Virus record (IMG/VR): IMGVR_UViG_3300010354_000118
Location: 1 to 53,807 of that record
DNA: 53,807 nucleotides
Source of the DNA: a virus
Lineage: Duplodnaviria > Caudoviricetes
Direction: 5' to 3' (one strand)
Shown one piece after another: positions 1 to 8,465 of the stretch. A program made the position numbers and the translations under genes. Within the stretch, counting starts at the first letter, position 1. Each line of letters opens with the position of its first letter. The notes under the pieces are model-generated. The model searched no databases and had not been told where the DNA came from. It saw only the letters and a program-made list of their open reading frames with translations.

Positions 1-2
1 TA

Positions 3-86
3 AAAGGTGCTTTCAAAGACGACCAAGGCACTAAAAAAGAATTCATGGATAATATTAAACTTCAACAGGAATTTGCACCGAGGTAA
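3..86 (+). CDS. folE: 3' end of probable GTP cyclohydrolase I (partial, runs off the left edge)
   Basis: Frame from nt 3 reads KGAFKDDQGTKKEFMDNIKLQQEFAPR*, resembling the FolE C-terminal GxF..d...r.EF segment; queE lies ~0.8 kb downstream. Confidence 0.6.
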   Translation, partial: KGAFKDDQGTKKEFMDNIKLQQEFAPR

Positions 87-88
87 TT

Positions 89-505
89 ATGGCAATTTGG
101 AAAATAACTAATCATCATAAAAAGAATGCAGTAGAACGTCAGTTCTGGACTAAAGACGGTGTCACCGTTATTAAGGAAGAAGGGTTTAGATGGGGCGTAT
201 GGACATGTGAAAACGATGAAGAAGAGCTAGATATTGATCTAGATAATCCCGATGGTTATGAATTAATGTCAAATGATTATGATTGGGAAATGGAAGAAAT
301 GATTGATGGTTGCTGGGTAGAGTGGGTATTTCCCAAAGACATGGACGAAGAAGAACAAGAACGTATCAAAGAACTTTGGGAAGAAGATAGCTTCGAAGGA
401 CTAGAAGGTGATGGATGGTACAATCATGAAACTGAGCATTGGATTCATGGACCTCTTAAATTAACTAATGAAGACACAGGTGAAGAATTTTATGGCAACC
501 ATTAA
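89..505 (+). CDS. hypothetical protein, very acidic and Trp-rich
   Basis: 138-aa ORF with GAGG RBS upstream; about 40 D/E residues and 10 W by hand count. Confidence 0.8.
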   Translation: MAIWKITNHHKKNAVERQFWTKDGVTVIKEEGFRWGVWTCENDEEELDIDLDNPDGYELMSNDYDWEMEEMIDGCWVEWVFPKDMDEEEQERIKELWEEDSFEGLEGDGWYNHETEHWIHGPLKLTNEDTGEEFYGNH

Positions 506-791
506 AAGAATTAAAGATCTAACCGACGACGAAATTGAAAGTTGTATTGACGGTTCTAGTAGTATTGCGCTGATTAGAGACATATTGACCAAGCACGGTG
601 TTGTAGGTGATAATGATTTTATAGACCCAGAAATATTCGCTGACTGGTTTGCAGATAATCTACAAGACCTAACAGGCACAGAAGAAGATACACCAGAATG
701 GACTGAAGCATTTGATGTGAACTGGAATTGGGGTTATGATATTGCAGACAATATCAATGCTCTTATTTCTGATAATTTCAAGGAAGATTAA
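492..791 (+). CDS. hypothetical acidic protein
   Basis: ORF track gives 468..791; ATG at 492 (MATIKRIK) is the likelier start; about 25 D/E in 99 aa. Confidence 0.7.
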   Translation: MATIKRIKDLTDDEIESCIDGSSSIALIRDILTKHGVVGDNDFIDPEIFADWFADNLQDLTGTEEDTPEWTEAFDVNWNWGYDIADNINALISDNFKED

Positions 792-886
792 TGCTAAGGC
801 TATATGTCGAGTATGCTGTGATATCAGTAATTATCAGCACAGTCATGGGTTTCATAGTAGGCTATGCTATAATAAATTTATTATGA
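791..886 (+). CDS. small single-pass membrane protein (31 aa), not in ORF track
   Basis: ATG at 791 overlaps the upstream TAA (TAATG); MLRLYVEYAVISVIISTVMGFIVGYAIINLL* is one hydrophobic helix. Confidence 0.5.
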   Translation: MLRLYVEYAVISVIISTVMGFIVGYAIINLL

Positions 887-922
887 GTAACTCAAACAAA
901 ATTAAGATGTGGACAAAAATTT

Positions 923-1777
923 ATGAGTAAATTAAAAGTATCAGAATTGTTTTATAGTGTTCAAGGTGAAGGACGTTATATGGGAGTTCCCAGTGTATTC
1001 CTTCGCGTATTTGGATGTAATTTCACCTGCGACGGATTTGGAAAACCTAGGGGCGAACGTTCAAACGAACGGCATCTTATAGCAGAACGTATTGCCGAAT
1101 TTAAGACCTATAAAGATTTACCATTAGTTCACAGCGGGTGTGATAGTTATGCCAGTTGGGATCCCAAATTCAAAGATTTTAGTCCGGTATTAGAAACAGA
1201 CGCTATTGTAGATGCTATCATGGACATGCTGCCATATAAGCGTTGGATGAGAGAACATCTTGTGATTACAGGTGGTGAACCATTGTTAGGGTGGCAACGT
1301 AGCTATTCTGATCTATTAGATCATTCAAAGATGCAGGATCTAAAAGAAATCACATTTGAGACCAATGGTACTCAAAAACTTTTACCAGATTTCAAACGCA
1401 GATTGCTTGCATGGATTGATCAGCGTGAAGCTAACAGTAATGTTCTTACATTCTCAGTCAGTGCCAAACTTCCTTCAAGTGGAGAAAAATGGGAAGAAGC
1501 TATCAAACCTGAAATAGTATGTGAATATGAAGAAATTGGTTGGACTTATCTTAAATTTGTAGTAGCCACAGAACAAGACGTTCAAGATGCTCTGCGTGCC
1601 ACTATGGAATATAGGGATGCAGGATTTGAGGGTGAAGTATATCTTATGCCCATAGGTGGAGTAGAGAGTGTTTATAGCCTAAATAACAAGAATGTAGCCT
1701 TGGCCTGTATGAAACATGGATTGAGGTACAGTGATAGACTTCAGGTGCCGCTTTTCAAGAATGCATGGTCGACATAA
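923..1777 (+). CDS. queE: 7-carboxy-7-deazaguanine synthase (radical SAM)
   Basis: ELFYSVQGEGRYMGVPSVFLRVFGCNFTC...CDS, VITGGEPLL, FETNGT, SVSAK, LKFVV, VYLMP and RLQV motifs typical of QueE. Confidence 0.9.
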   Translation: MSKLKVSELFYSVQGEGRYMGVPSVFLRVFGCNFTCDGFGKPRGERSNERHLIAERIAEFKTYKDLPLVHSGCDSYASWDPKFKDFSPVLETDAIVDAIMDMLPYKRWMREHLVITGGEPLLGWQRSYSDLLDHSKMQDLKEITFETNGTQKLLPDFKRRLLAWIDQREANSNVLTFSVSAKLPSSGEKWEEAIKPEIVCEYEEIGWTYLKFVVATEQDVQDALRATMEYRDAGFEGEVYLMPIGGVESVYSLNNKNVALACMKHGLRYSDRLQVPLFKNAWST

Positions 1778-1782
1778 ATAAA

Positions 1783-1834
1783 AGTTCCCCATTTATTTTA
1801 AAAAAATATAAATATTTAAAATGAATGGGGAACT
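1783..1834 (+). promoter_or_regulatory. 20-bp hairpin sequestering the endonuclease RBS, with T4-type late promoter TATAAATA (1807-1814) in the loop
   Basis: agttccccatttattttaaa (1783-1802) pairs with tttaaaatgaatggggaact (1815-1834) with one G-U pair; the 12-nt loop contains TATAAATA; ATG at 1838. Confidence 0.85.
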
Positions 1835-1837
1835 AAT

Positions 1838-2596
1838 ATGACTAATCCTATAAACAAATATTCCGAAGAAGTATTCAAAAATAAAGTAAAAGAAAAAATA
1901 TGTTCTATTTTAGATATTACAGAATACAAAGGTGTTGACTATAAACTTAAAGTGCATTGTATCCACGGTATAAATGAAAGAAGAGGATGGAGTGTTTTAA
2001 ATGGAAAATACTGCTGTCGCAAAGGCTATTACGAAAGCGGCAACATGTGGAAGAACAGAATTAATACTTTAGAAGACTTAAAAGAAAGTGCTCTAAAATA
2101 TAGACAAAACATCGATGTTTCCGAATCTTATATAGACACTTCCGGTAGGTATAAAAGGTTAGAAAATATAAGATGCACTATACATAATATTTTTTATAGT
2201 AGTATTGCTACACAAAAAATCGGTCAATGTCCAGAATGCTTTAAAGAGGATAATAGAGAAAAACTCAGGACAGCGGCGCCTAAAGCATGGGCAAGTCAAT
2301 CAACGGGAAGTTTTGTAAGCAAAAAAGAAACTAAATGGTTAGATGAATTAAACATTAAGGATAGACAAGTATGGCTTGAGGATGTAAAATACAAAGTAGA
2401 TGGATACGACTCTGAAACCAATACTGTATATCTTTATCACGGAAAGTTCTGGCACGGATGTCCTAAAACATTTGATCCAGAAATGATACATCCGATCATA
2501 AAAATTACTATGAAAGATTTATACGAAAAAACAATGTATTACGAAAATAAATTAAAACAAGCAGGTTATAACTTAGTAGTAAAGTGGGGAACATGA
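1838..2596 (+). mobile_element. free-standing putative homing endonuclease (Cys/His zinc-binding repeats plus Vsr/PD-(D/E)XK-like C-terminal domain)
   Basis: CIHG...CC and CTIH...CPEC motifs; C-terminal SKKETKWLD, YKVDGYD, YHGKFWHGC and GYNLVVKW resemble Vsr/DUF559-type nucleases; late-promoter hairpin upstream. Confidence 0.7.
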
Positions 2597-3090
2597 TGAA
2601 ACAGTTTATAAAAAATCTATTTGGCATCACAGAAATGGAACGTGCCATTGCAGAAACTCAACAACGTATTCTCGAAGCAGAACAGGCCAAAAAAGCAGCC
2701 GAAGAAAAGGCTCTAGAGGCAATAGAAGAAGCTAGATTAGCCAAAGAAGCAGCAGAACAAAAACTCAAAATTGCGATAGAAAAGTCCAGTGTTGATTCTT
2801 CTAAAGAAGATGCAACAGAAAGAGGGGAACCTTGGATAGCTGTCCTTGATACCAAAATCAACAAAGAAAATGTACGGAATGGATTTTTTGAACTTGACTG
2901 GAACGAATACTTTGTAGTACAATTAAAACTAGCAGGATATACTGGATCGAGTGATGAAGAAATTGTAGAACGCTGGTTTCAAGATCTTTGCCGAAATATT
3001 GGCAATGAAGTCGGCGTAGACATGGAACGACGTGGTTCAGGGTATATTAATGTCAATAACATAGGTAATGGTAAGTCGGAAATAAGCTAA
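2593..3090 (+). CDS. hypothetical protein with N-terminal coiled coil
   Basis: ATG at 2593 or 2596 overlaps the upstream TGA; E/A/K-rich helix followed by a globular domain (GFFELDWN). Confidence 0.75.
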   Translation: MMKQFIKNLFGITEMERAIAETQQRILEAEQAKKAAEEKALEAIEEARLAKEAAEQKLKIAIEKSSVDSSKEDATERGEPWIAVLDTKINKENVRNGFFELDWNEYFVVQLKLAGYTGSSDEEIVERWFQDLCRNIGNEVGVDMERRGSGYINVNNIGNGKSEIS

Positions 3091-4121
3091 TGACTTTTAT
3101 TCTTGTAGATACTGCAAATACATTCTTTCGTGCTAGGCATGTCATCAGAGGTGATGCTTCTGAAAAGGTCGGTATGGCCTTTCATATCATTTTTAACTCT
3201 ATCAAAAAGGCCTGGAAGGATTTCGATGGTAGTCATGTAGTATTCGCCTTAGAAGGCCGTTCATGGCGTAAAGACCACTACGCTCCTTATAAAAGAAATA
3301 GGACAGAAGCTAGAGCTGCTCTATCACCTAGAGAACAAGAAGAAGACAAACTATTTTGGGAAACCTTTGATCAATTTAAAGAATTTATTACAACAAAAAC
3401 AAACTGTTCAGTATTACATCATCCTACACTTGAAGCAGACGATCTTATTGCCGGTTTTATTAGACTACATCCCAATCATAATCATGTTATCATTTCAACA
3501 GACAGTGACTTTTCGCAGTTAATAAATCATAATGTCTGTCAGTATAATGGAGTCAGTGGTGTAACAACAAAGTCAACAGGTTATTATGATGAAAAGGGTA
3601 AACCAGTTGTTGATAAAAAAACAAAGACTGTAAAGCCTGCACCAGACCCAGAGTGGTTATTATTTGAAAAATGTATGCGAGGCGATACCACAGACAATAT
3701 CTTCAGTGCCTATCCAGGAGTAAGAGAAAAAGGCACCAAGAACAAGATTGGTTTGAGAGAAGCATTTTCAGATAGAAATAATAAAGGATACAATTGGAAC
3801 AACATGATGCTACAACGTTGGTTAGATCATGAAGGCATTGAACACAGAGTCAAGGAAGATTACGAACGCAATCGCATACTATGTGATCTCAATGCGCAGC
3901 CGCACGAAGTAAAAGAGATAATAGATCAGGTTATAATACAAGAAGTTAATAGTAATAAAAATATAAGTCAGGTAGGAACACGTCTACTAAAACTCTGTCG
4001 GGAATTCGACCTGCAGAGAATATCAGATAGCATAGAGCAGTATGCTAGACCACTAAATTCGAGGTATGCAGATGTCAACTATAGCCAAAACTCTAGTACC
4101 AAACAAGTCCTGGTTGATTAG
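3090..4121 (+). CDS. rnh: T4 RNase H-like 5'-3' exonuclease / flap endonuclease
   Basis: ILVDTAN, SWRK..YAPYKRNR, LEADDLIA, ISTDSDFSQL and GDTTDNI (FEN/Pol I 5'-exonuclease motifs). Confidence 0.9.
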   Translation: MTFILVDTANTFFRARHVIRGDASEKVGMAFHIIFNSIKKAWKDFDGSHVVFALEGRSWRKDHYAPYKRNRTEARAALSPREQEEDKLFWETFDQFKEFITTKTNCSVLHHPTLEADDLIAGFIRLHPNHNHVIISTDSDFSQLINHNVCQYNGVSGVTTKSTGYYDEKGKPVVDKKTKTVKPAPDPEWLLFEKCMRGDTTDNIFSAYPGVREKGTKNKIGLREAFSDRNNKGYNWNNMMLQRWLDHEGIEHRVKEDYERNRILCDLNAQPHEVKEIIDQVIIQEVNSNKNISQVGTRLLKLCREFDLQRISDSIEQYARPLNSRYADVNYSQNSSTKQVLVD

Positions 4122-4548
4122 ATCAGAAGATAAAAAACTTGGAACTATTAATCGAGACAAAAAAGGTTTTAATCTTTTTGTCAAGGGGAAAAAAATATTT
4201 CTAAAAAAACAAGAACTTACAGACAAGTTAGGTCTAATATTACCTGAGAAATCTTCAGGAACAGAAAACAAGGCAACTATAAGTAATATCATTTACGGAT
4301 ATCCTTGCGGCAGCAGACCCTATCATCCTGTTTATAATATCAAGAAAAAATTACCTATCTATTCTAAAAGTAACAAGAGTAAGAGTCTATATTGTGCCGG
4401 CTATTATATAATTAAATTTAGAAAAGGGTGGGTTAAAAGCTTCTGTCCGAAGCTAATTACTCTTGACAGATACGAATTTCATGGACCATTCCGAACAGAA
4501 GAAGAAATGAAACAACAGCTATCCATTGTAAATAGAGACCAAAAATGA
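4066..4548 (+). CDS. hypothetical protein
   Basis: 160-aa basic ORF (start may be 4072); its stop is ATGA-coupled to the next gene. Confidence 0.7.
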   Translation: MQMSTIAKTLVPNKSWLIRSEDKKLGTINRDKKGFNLFVKGKKIFLKKQELTDKLGLILPEKSSGTENKATISNIIYGYPCGSRPYHPVYNIKKKLPIYSKSNKSKSLYCAGYYIIKFRKGWVKSFCPKLITLDRYEFHGPFRTEEEMKQQLSIVNRDQK

Positions 4549-4763
4549 ATCAAATCAATACAAATCCTATTGAATTGTACCTAGAAAAAGAAAGAATCGC
4601 CAGTAGAAGTGGTCAAAAAACACTTACTCTTGATATTAGAGAAGCTCGAGCACTAAGTGATAGTCTAGCTGCCTTAATGGCAAGATTGTTAAACGGAACA
4701 AATACTAATGTTCAAACTGAGGCTCCGGAAATTAGAATTAACATGGACGGTGGTAGATTTTAA
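4545..4763 (+). CDS. hypothetical protein
   Basis: 72-aa ORF with ATGA overlap. Confidence 0.7.
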   Translation: MNQINTNPIELYLEKERIASRSGQKTLTLDIREARALSDSLAALMARLLNGTNTNVQTEAPEIRINMDGGRF

Positions 4764-4776
4764 TATTGGAGTATAA

Positions 4777-4805
4777 TAAATATATGTGCTTCGGAGCACA
4801 TATAT
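4777..4805 (+). promoter_or_regulatory. TAAATA late-promoter core overlapping an 11-bp hairpin that covers the RBS and start codon
   Basis: TAAATA 4777-4782; atatatgtgct (4780-4790) / tcgg / agcacatatat (4795-4805) is a perfect stem; GGAG 4793-4796; ATG 4804. Confidence 0.75.
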
Positions 4806-5100
4806 GTCAAGACCAAAACCAAATATACTTTTAGAAATAACAAATAAGAAAACTTTTAAGACTGAACAGGTCTTAGAAGCCGAAGCTATCTGGGCTGTTT
4901 TCTATAAGGATAAGCCTGTCAATCTTAAAATCACCAGTATCGTAGCCCAAAAAATTGGTCCTAAATACAAAAAAGTAAGTTTCTCAAATAGTGGACATGC
5001 CTTCAATCTTGCAGATAAATTAAACAAAGCCTACAACTGCTCTGACTTCACAGTAGTTAAACTTACCAAAGGTGAACTTGTGATAGAAAGATATGAATAA
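4804..5100 (+). CDS. hypothetical protein
   Basis: Start reassigned to ATG 4804 (MSRPKP), 7 nt after GGAG. Confidence 0.75.
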   Translation: MSRPKPNILLEITNKKTFKTEQVLEAEAIWAVFYKDKPVNLKITSIVAQKIGPKYKKVSFSNSGHAFNLADKLNKAYNCSDFTVVKLTKGELVIERYE

Positions 5101-5473
5101 AAAAGAATTTACTGGTATAATTTTAGAAAAGATAGGTAAACCTAATACAGCAGAAACCATCAAAAGATATCAACATGTTTTTTGGGTAGACATCAGAAAC
5201 AATCAAAACTATAGACTTACACTTAATGGCTTTGAAGCCTGTAATCAAGCCCAAATCCGTCATTACAAATTCGAATTAAGCAAGATTAACATCCTTCCAA
5301 GTCTTACTGCCAAAAATCTTTTGGACATGCAGAAATATGTTCCTTATCCATTTTATCTCAATGAACATTCTGTGTTCCTTTTTGACCAAAAATCCACTGT
5401 GGAACTAATGCTCTATGAAGGCAATTTCTTCAAATTCATAGAATTCAAGAAGCATAGCACAAAAACCGCTTGA
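5093..5473 (+). CDS. hypothetical protein
   Basis: 126-aa ORF overlapping the upstream stop. Confidence 0.7.
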   Translation: MNKKEFTGIILEKIGKPNTAETIKRYQHVFWVDIRNNQNYRLTLNGFEACNQAQIRHYKFELSKINILPSLTAKNLLDMQKYVPYPFYLNEHSVFLFDQKSTVELMLYEGNFFKFIEFKKHSTKTA

Positions 5474-5498
5474 CGAGGTCTAGCTTTTTTTGTATACT
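5470..5498 (+). promoter_or_regulatory. sigma70-type promoter
   Basis: TTGACG (5470-5475), 17-nt spacer, TATACT (5493-5498); AGAGGA RBS before ATG 5531. Confidence 0.75.
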
Positions 5499-5530
5499 AT
5501 ATAGACACTAACAAACTAATAGAGGATTAA

Positions 5531-6613
5531 ATGGCTGAGAAAATTTCCAGTATTCGTACCGTAGGTCCAAATGATGCAAAGTCAGCAATTCGTTTTGCCA
5601 TGAAGGTACGTCGTCCAATTTTTATGTGGGGACCTCCAGGTATTGGTAAATCGGACATCATCAAACAACTAGGTTATGAACAGGAACGAGAAGTAATTGA
5701 TGTTCGTTTGAGTCTTTGGGAACCCACTGATATCAAAGGTATTCCATACTACAATAGTCAAGCTAACACTATGACTTGGGCTCCTCCGTCGGAACTGCCT
5801 TCAGATCCAGACAGCAAGGCTATTCTGTTTCTTGATGAGTTGAACTCTGCGGCTCCTGCTACACAGGCAGCGGCTTACCAACTTATTCTCAACCGCCGTG
5901 TTGGCACCTATCGTTTGCCAGATGGTGTAGACATTGTAGCAGCAGGTAACCGTGAAGCAGACAAGGGTGTAACTTTTAGAATGCCTGCTCCATTGGCAAA
6001 CCGTTTCATTCACGTTGAATTAGAAGTCAGCTTTGACGACTGGCATGAGTGGGCTGTAAACAATCGTCAGCATGAACAGGTTGTAGGCTTTTTAGGCTTC
6101 AGTAAGCAGGATCTATATGATTTTGATCCAAAAGGTGCGAGTCGCTCATTTGCAACACCGCGTTCTTGGTCGTTTGTCAGCGATCTTTTGCATGACTCAG
6201 CTCTCAGTGAAAACACTCTAACCACATTGGTAGCAGGTGCCGTCGGTGAAGGCCTTGCAGTCAAATTTATGGCACACCGTAAGGTTGCCAAGCAGATGCC
6301 TAAGCCTCTTGATATTTTGGAAGGTAAGGTTACCAAAACTGAGATTAAAGAAGTTTCTGCCATGTACTCTTTGACTATCAGTATGTGTTATGAGCTTCAG
6401 GAACTTAACAAGAAGAAGGTCAAGGATTGGGACAAAATGGCAGACTGCTTCTTTGGATTTATGATGGACAATTTTCCAACTGAGCTTGTGGTTATGGGTG
6501 CCAAAGTAGCATTGGTAAATTATCAACTTCCTTTTGATACTACCAAACTTAAAAACTTTGATCGCTTCCATGAAAAATATGGAAAATACATCATACAGGC
6601 AATGGAAGGTTAA
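5531..6613 (+). CDS. MoxR-like AAA+ ATPase
   Basis: Walker A GPPGIGKS, Walker B ILFLDELN, AAGNR, and ALANRF-like arginine finger (PLANRF). Confidence 0.9.
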   Translation: MAEKISSIRTVGPNDAKSAIRFAMKVRRPIFMWGPPGIGKSDIIKQLGYEQEREVIDVRLSLWEPTDIKGIPYYNSQANTMTWAPPSELPSDPDSKAILFLDELNSAAPATQAAAYQLILNRRVGTYRLPDGVDIVAAGNREADKGVTFRMPAPLANRFIHVELEVSFDDWHEWAVNNRQHEQVVGFLGFSKQDLYDFDPKGASRSFATPRSWSFVSDLLHDSALSENTLTTLVAGAVGEGLAVKFMAHRKVAKQMPKPLDILEGKVTKTEIKEVSAMYSLTISMCYELQELNKKKVKDWDKMADCFFGFMMDNFPTELVVMGAKVALVNYQLPFDTTKLKNFDRFHEKYGKYIIQAMEG

Positions 6614-6636
6614 AAAGGGCCCGCAAGGGCCTTTTT
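6612..6636 (+). terminator. rho-independent terminator
   Basis: aaaaa-gggccc-GCAA-gggcct-tttt: GC stem, GNRA loop and T tract immediately after the stop. Confidence 0.85.
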
Positions 6637-6639
6637 CAT

Positions 6640-6668
6640 TTGACCTAGATGAAGAAAGACTATATAAT
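6640..6668 (+). promoter_or_regulatory. sigma70-type promoter
   Basis: TTGACC (6640-6645), 17-nt spacer, TATAAT (6663-6668). Confidence 0.8.
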
Positions 6669-6689
6669 TGTATATGAAAGGGGAAACAA

Positions 6690-7919
6690 ATGAGTCAAGT
6701 TATGAAATCTGAAAAAACTTCTAAGGTAGTATCTGATAAGGTATATACCAGTGCTGAGAAAAATAAAATCCTAGAGAAACTTACCACTGCTAGAATTGGA
6801 CTGCTTCTGCGTCACCCATTCTTTGGAAACATGGCCACTCGTATGAAATTGATAGATGCCAGTGATTGGTGTCCTACTCTAGCCACTGACGGAAGAAACT
6901 TTTACTACAGCAATGCCTTTGTAGATAAACTAAGCACTAAGGAAGCCGAATTTGGTTTCGCGCATGAAGTCATGCACAATATCTTTGATCATATGGGACG
7001 CCGTGAGGGGCGTCATCCCATGCTGTCTAATATTGCCGCAGACTATGCAGCCAACCAAATTCTTATAGATGAGAAAATTGGTGCCAAACCCAGTTTTATT
7101 AAAATTTTCCAGGATGACAAATATCGAGATTGGAGCTACGAAGCTATCTACAATGATATCTATGAAAAGGCAGAAAAAATTGACATCAGTAAATTAGGAG
7201 AATTATTAGACGACCACCTCGATCAAGACGATGAAGATGGAGGAACCGGTAAAAAGCCTAAACTTACTCCAGAAGAGCGTAAGGCCATTAGAGACGAAAT
7301 CAAAGAAGCCATGATTGCCTCGGCACAGAGTTGTAGTGCCGGAAAAATGCCAAAAGGAATCAGTCGTCTTATCAAAGATCTTACTGAACCAAAAATGGAT
7401 TGGAGAGAGATTCTAAGAATGAATATTCTTAGCATTATTAAATCTAACTTTTCTTTTAACAAGCCCAATCGCAAAAGTCAGCACACCGGCGCAGTTCTAC
7501 CTGGTTTGTTAAATGATGAAACCATCGACATCTGTGTTGGCATTGACATGAGCGGTTCAATCAGTGATGCTCAAGGCAAAGACTTTCTAAGTGAAATCAA
7601 AGGCATTATTGATCAATACACAGATTACAAAATCACAGTTTGGTCTTTTGATACTCAAGTCTATAATCAACAAGAATTTACACCAGATAATGGCGAGGAC
7701 ATTGCCGAATACGAGCTCAAAGGAGGAGGTGGTACAGACTTCATGGCCAATTGGGAGTACATGAAAGATCATGATATTCAACCTAAAAAGTTCATCATGT
7801 TCACTGACGGTTATCCCTGTGGTGATTGGGGAGATGAGGACTACTGTGACACATTATTTGTTATTCACGGTAACGAAACCATAGTTGCACCATTTGGTCA
7901 AACCACTTATTACAAATAA
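6690..7919 (+). CDS. metallopeptidase-like (HExxH) plus vWA domain protein (DUF2201-type MoxR partner)
   Basis: TLATDG, AHEVMH; C-terminal MIDAS DMSGS, GGGGTDF, FTDGY. Confidence 0.85.
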   Translation: MSQVMKSEKTSKVVSDKVYTSAEKNKILEKLTTARIGLLLRHPFFGNMATRMKLIDASDWCPTLATDGRNFYYSNAFVDKLSTKEAEFGFAHEVMHNIFDHMGRREGRHPMLSNIAADYAANQILIDEKIGAKPSFIKIFQDDKYRDWSYEAIYNDIYEKAEKIDISKLGELLDDHLDQDDEDGGTGKKPKLTPEERKAIRDEIKEAMIASAQSCSAGKMPKGISRLIKDLTEPKMDWREILRMNILSIIKSNFSFNKPNRKSQHTGAVLPGLLNDETIDICVGIDMSGSISDAQGKDFLSEIKGIIDQYTDYKITVWSFDTQVYNQQEFTPDNGEDIAEYELKGGGGTDFMANWEYMKDHDIQPKKFIMFTDGYPCGDWGDEDYCDTLFVIHGNETIVAPFGQTTYYK

Positions 7920-7927
7920 CTAGGTAG

Positions 7928-7940
7928 TAAATAATAAATA
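7928..7940 (+). promoter_or_regulatory. tandem TAAATA late-promoter cores
   Basis: TAAATA at 7928-7933 and 7935-7940 in the short gap before ATG 7954. Confidence 0.5.
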
Positions 7941-7953
7941 AAATAGGTATATT

Positions 7954-8244
7954 ATGAGTCTGGCAAGAGGAGAAATAAACCCCTTGGGACTGTTAGGTCT
8001 TAGGAAATTACATTTTATTCCTCCTCATTTTTCATCAATCTCGATAGACTACGGTGTAGACATGTTGGCTATTGAGGACTGGATCGAATATAACCTTAAC
8101 GGTAGATATTGTATTAAACTAGATCTTATGATTAAAGATAATAAAATTACTACCGGAATTATGATTGGCCTTGAAGATCAAAAAGAACTCACAATGTTGA
8201 CACTAGGTTGTAAAGAACTACACGTAAGAAAGGAATTATTTTAA
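7954..8244 (+). CDS. hypothetical protein
   Basis: 96-aa ORF, TAATG-coupled to the next gene. Confidence 0.7.
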   Translation: MSLARGEINPLGLLGLRKLHFIPPHFSSISIDYGVDMLAIEDWIEYNLNGRYCIKLDLMIKDNKITTGIMIGLEDQKELTMLTLGCKELHVRKELF

Positions 8245-8456
8245 TGGAAAATGAACAAACAATACCAGTTGATACCCAGGCAGCGGCACCAGAATTAACT
8301 GTAACTGATCTACAAAATATTCGATCAATTTTAGATGCTGCCTGTCGCAGAGGAACTTTTGCCGCAGGTGAAATGGCATCAGTGGGCGCGGTATATAACA
8401 AGCTGGATACATTTATCAATGCTGTAGCTCCCAAAAAAGATGAAGCAGCACAATAA
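8244..8456 (+). CDS. hypothetical protein
   Basis: 70-aa ORF with AAGGA RBS. Confidence 0.7.
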   Translation: MENEQTIPVDTQAAAPELTVTDLQNIRSILDAACRRGTFAAGEMASVGAVYNKLDTFINAVAPKKDEAAQ

Positions 8457-8465
8457 GGACCAAAC

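Noticed and set aside
736-930. ORF 736..930 from the track
   Set aside because: Overlaps the 492..791 gene and the better-coupled 791..886 ORF; at most the last 15 codons (883-930) might be translated.
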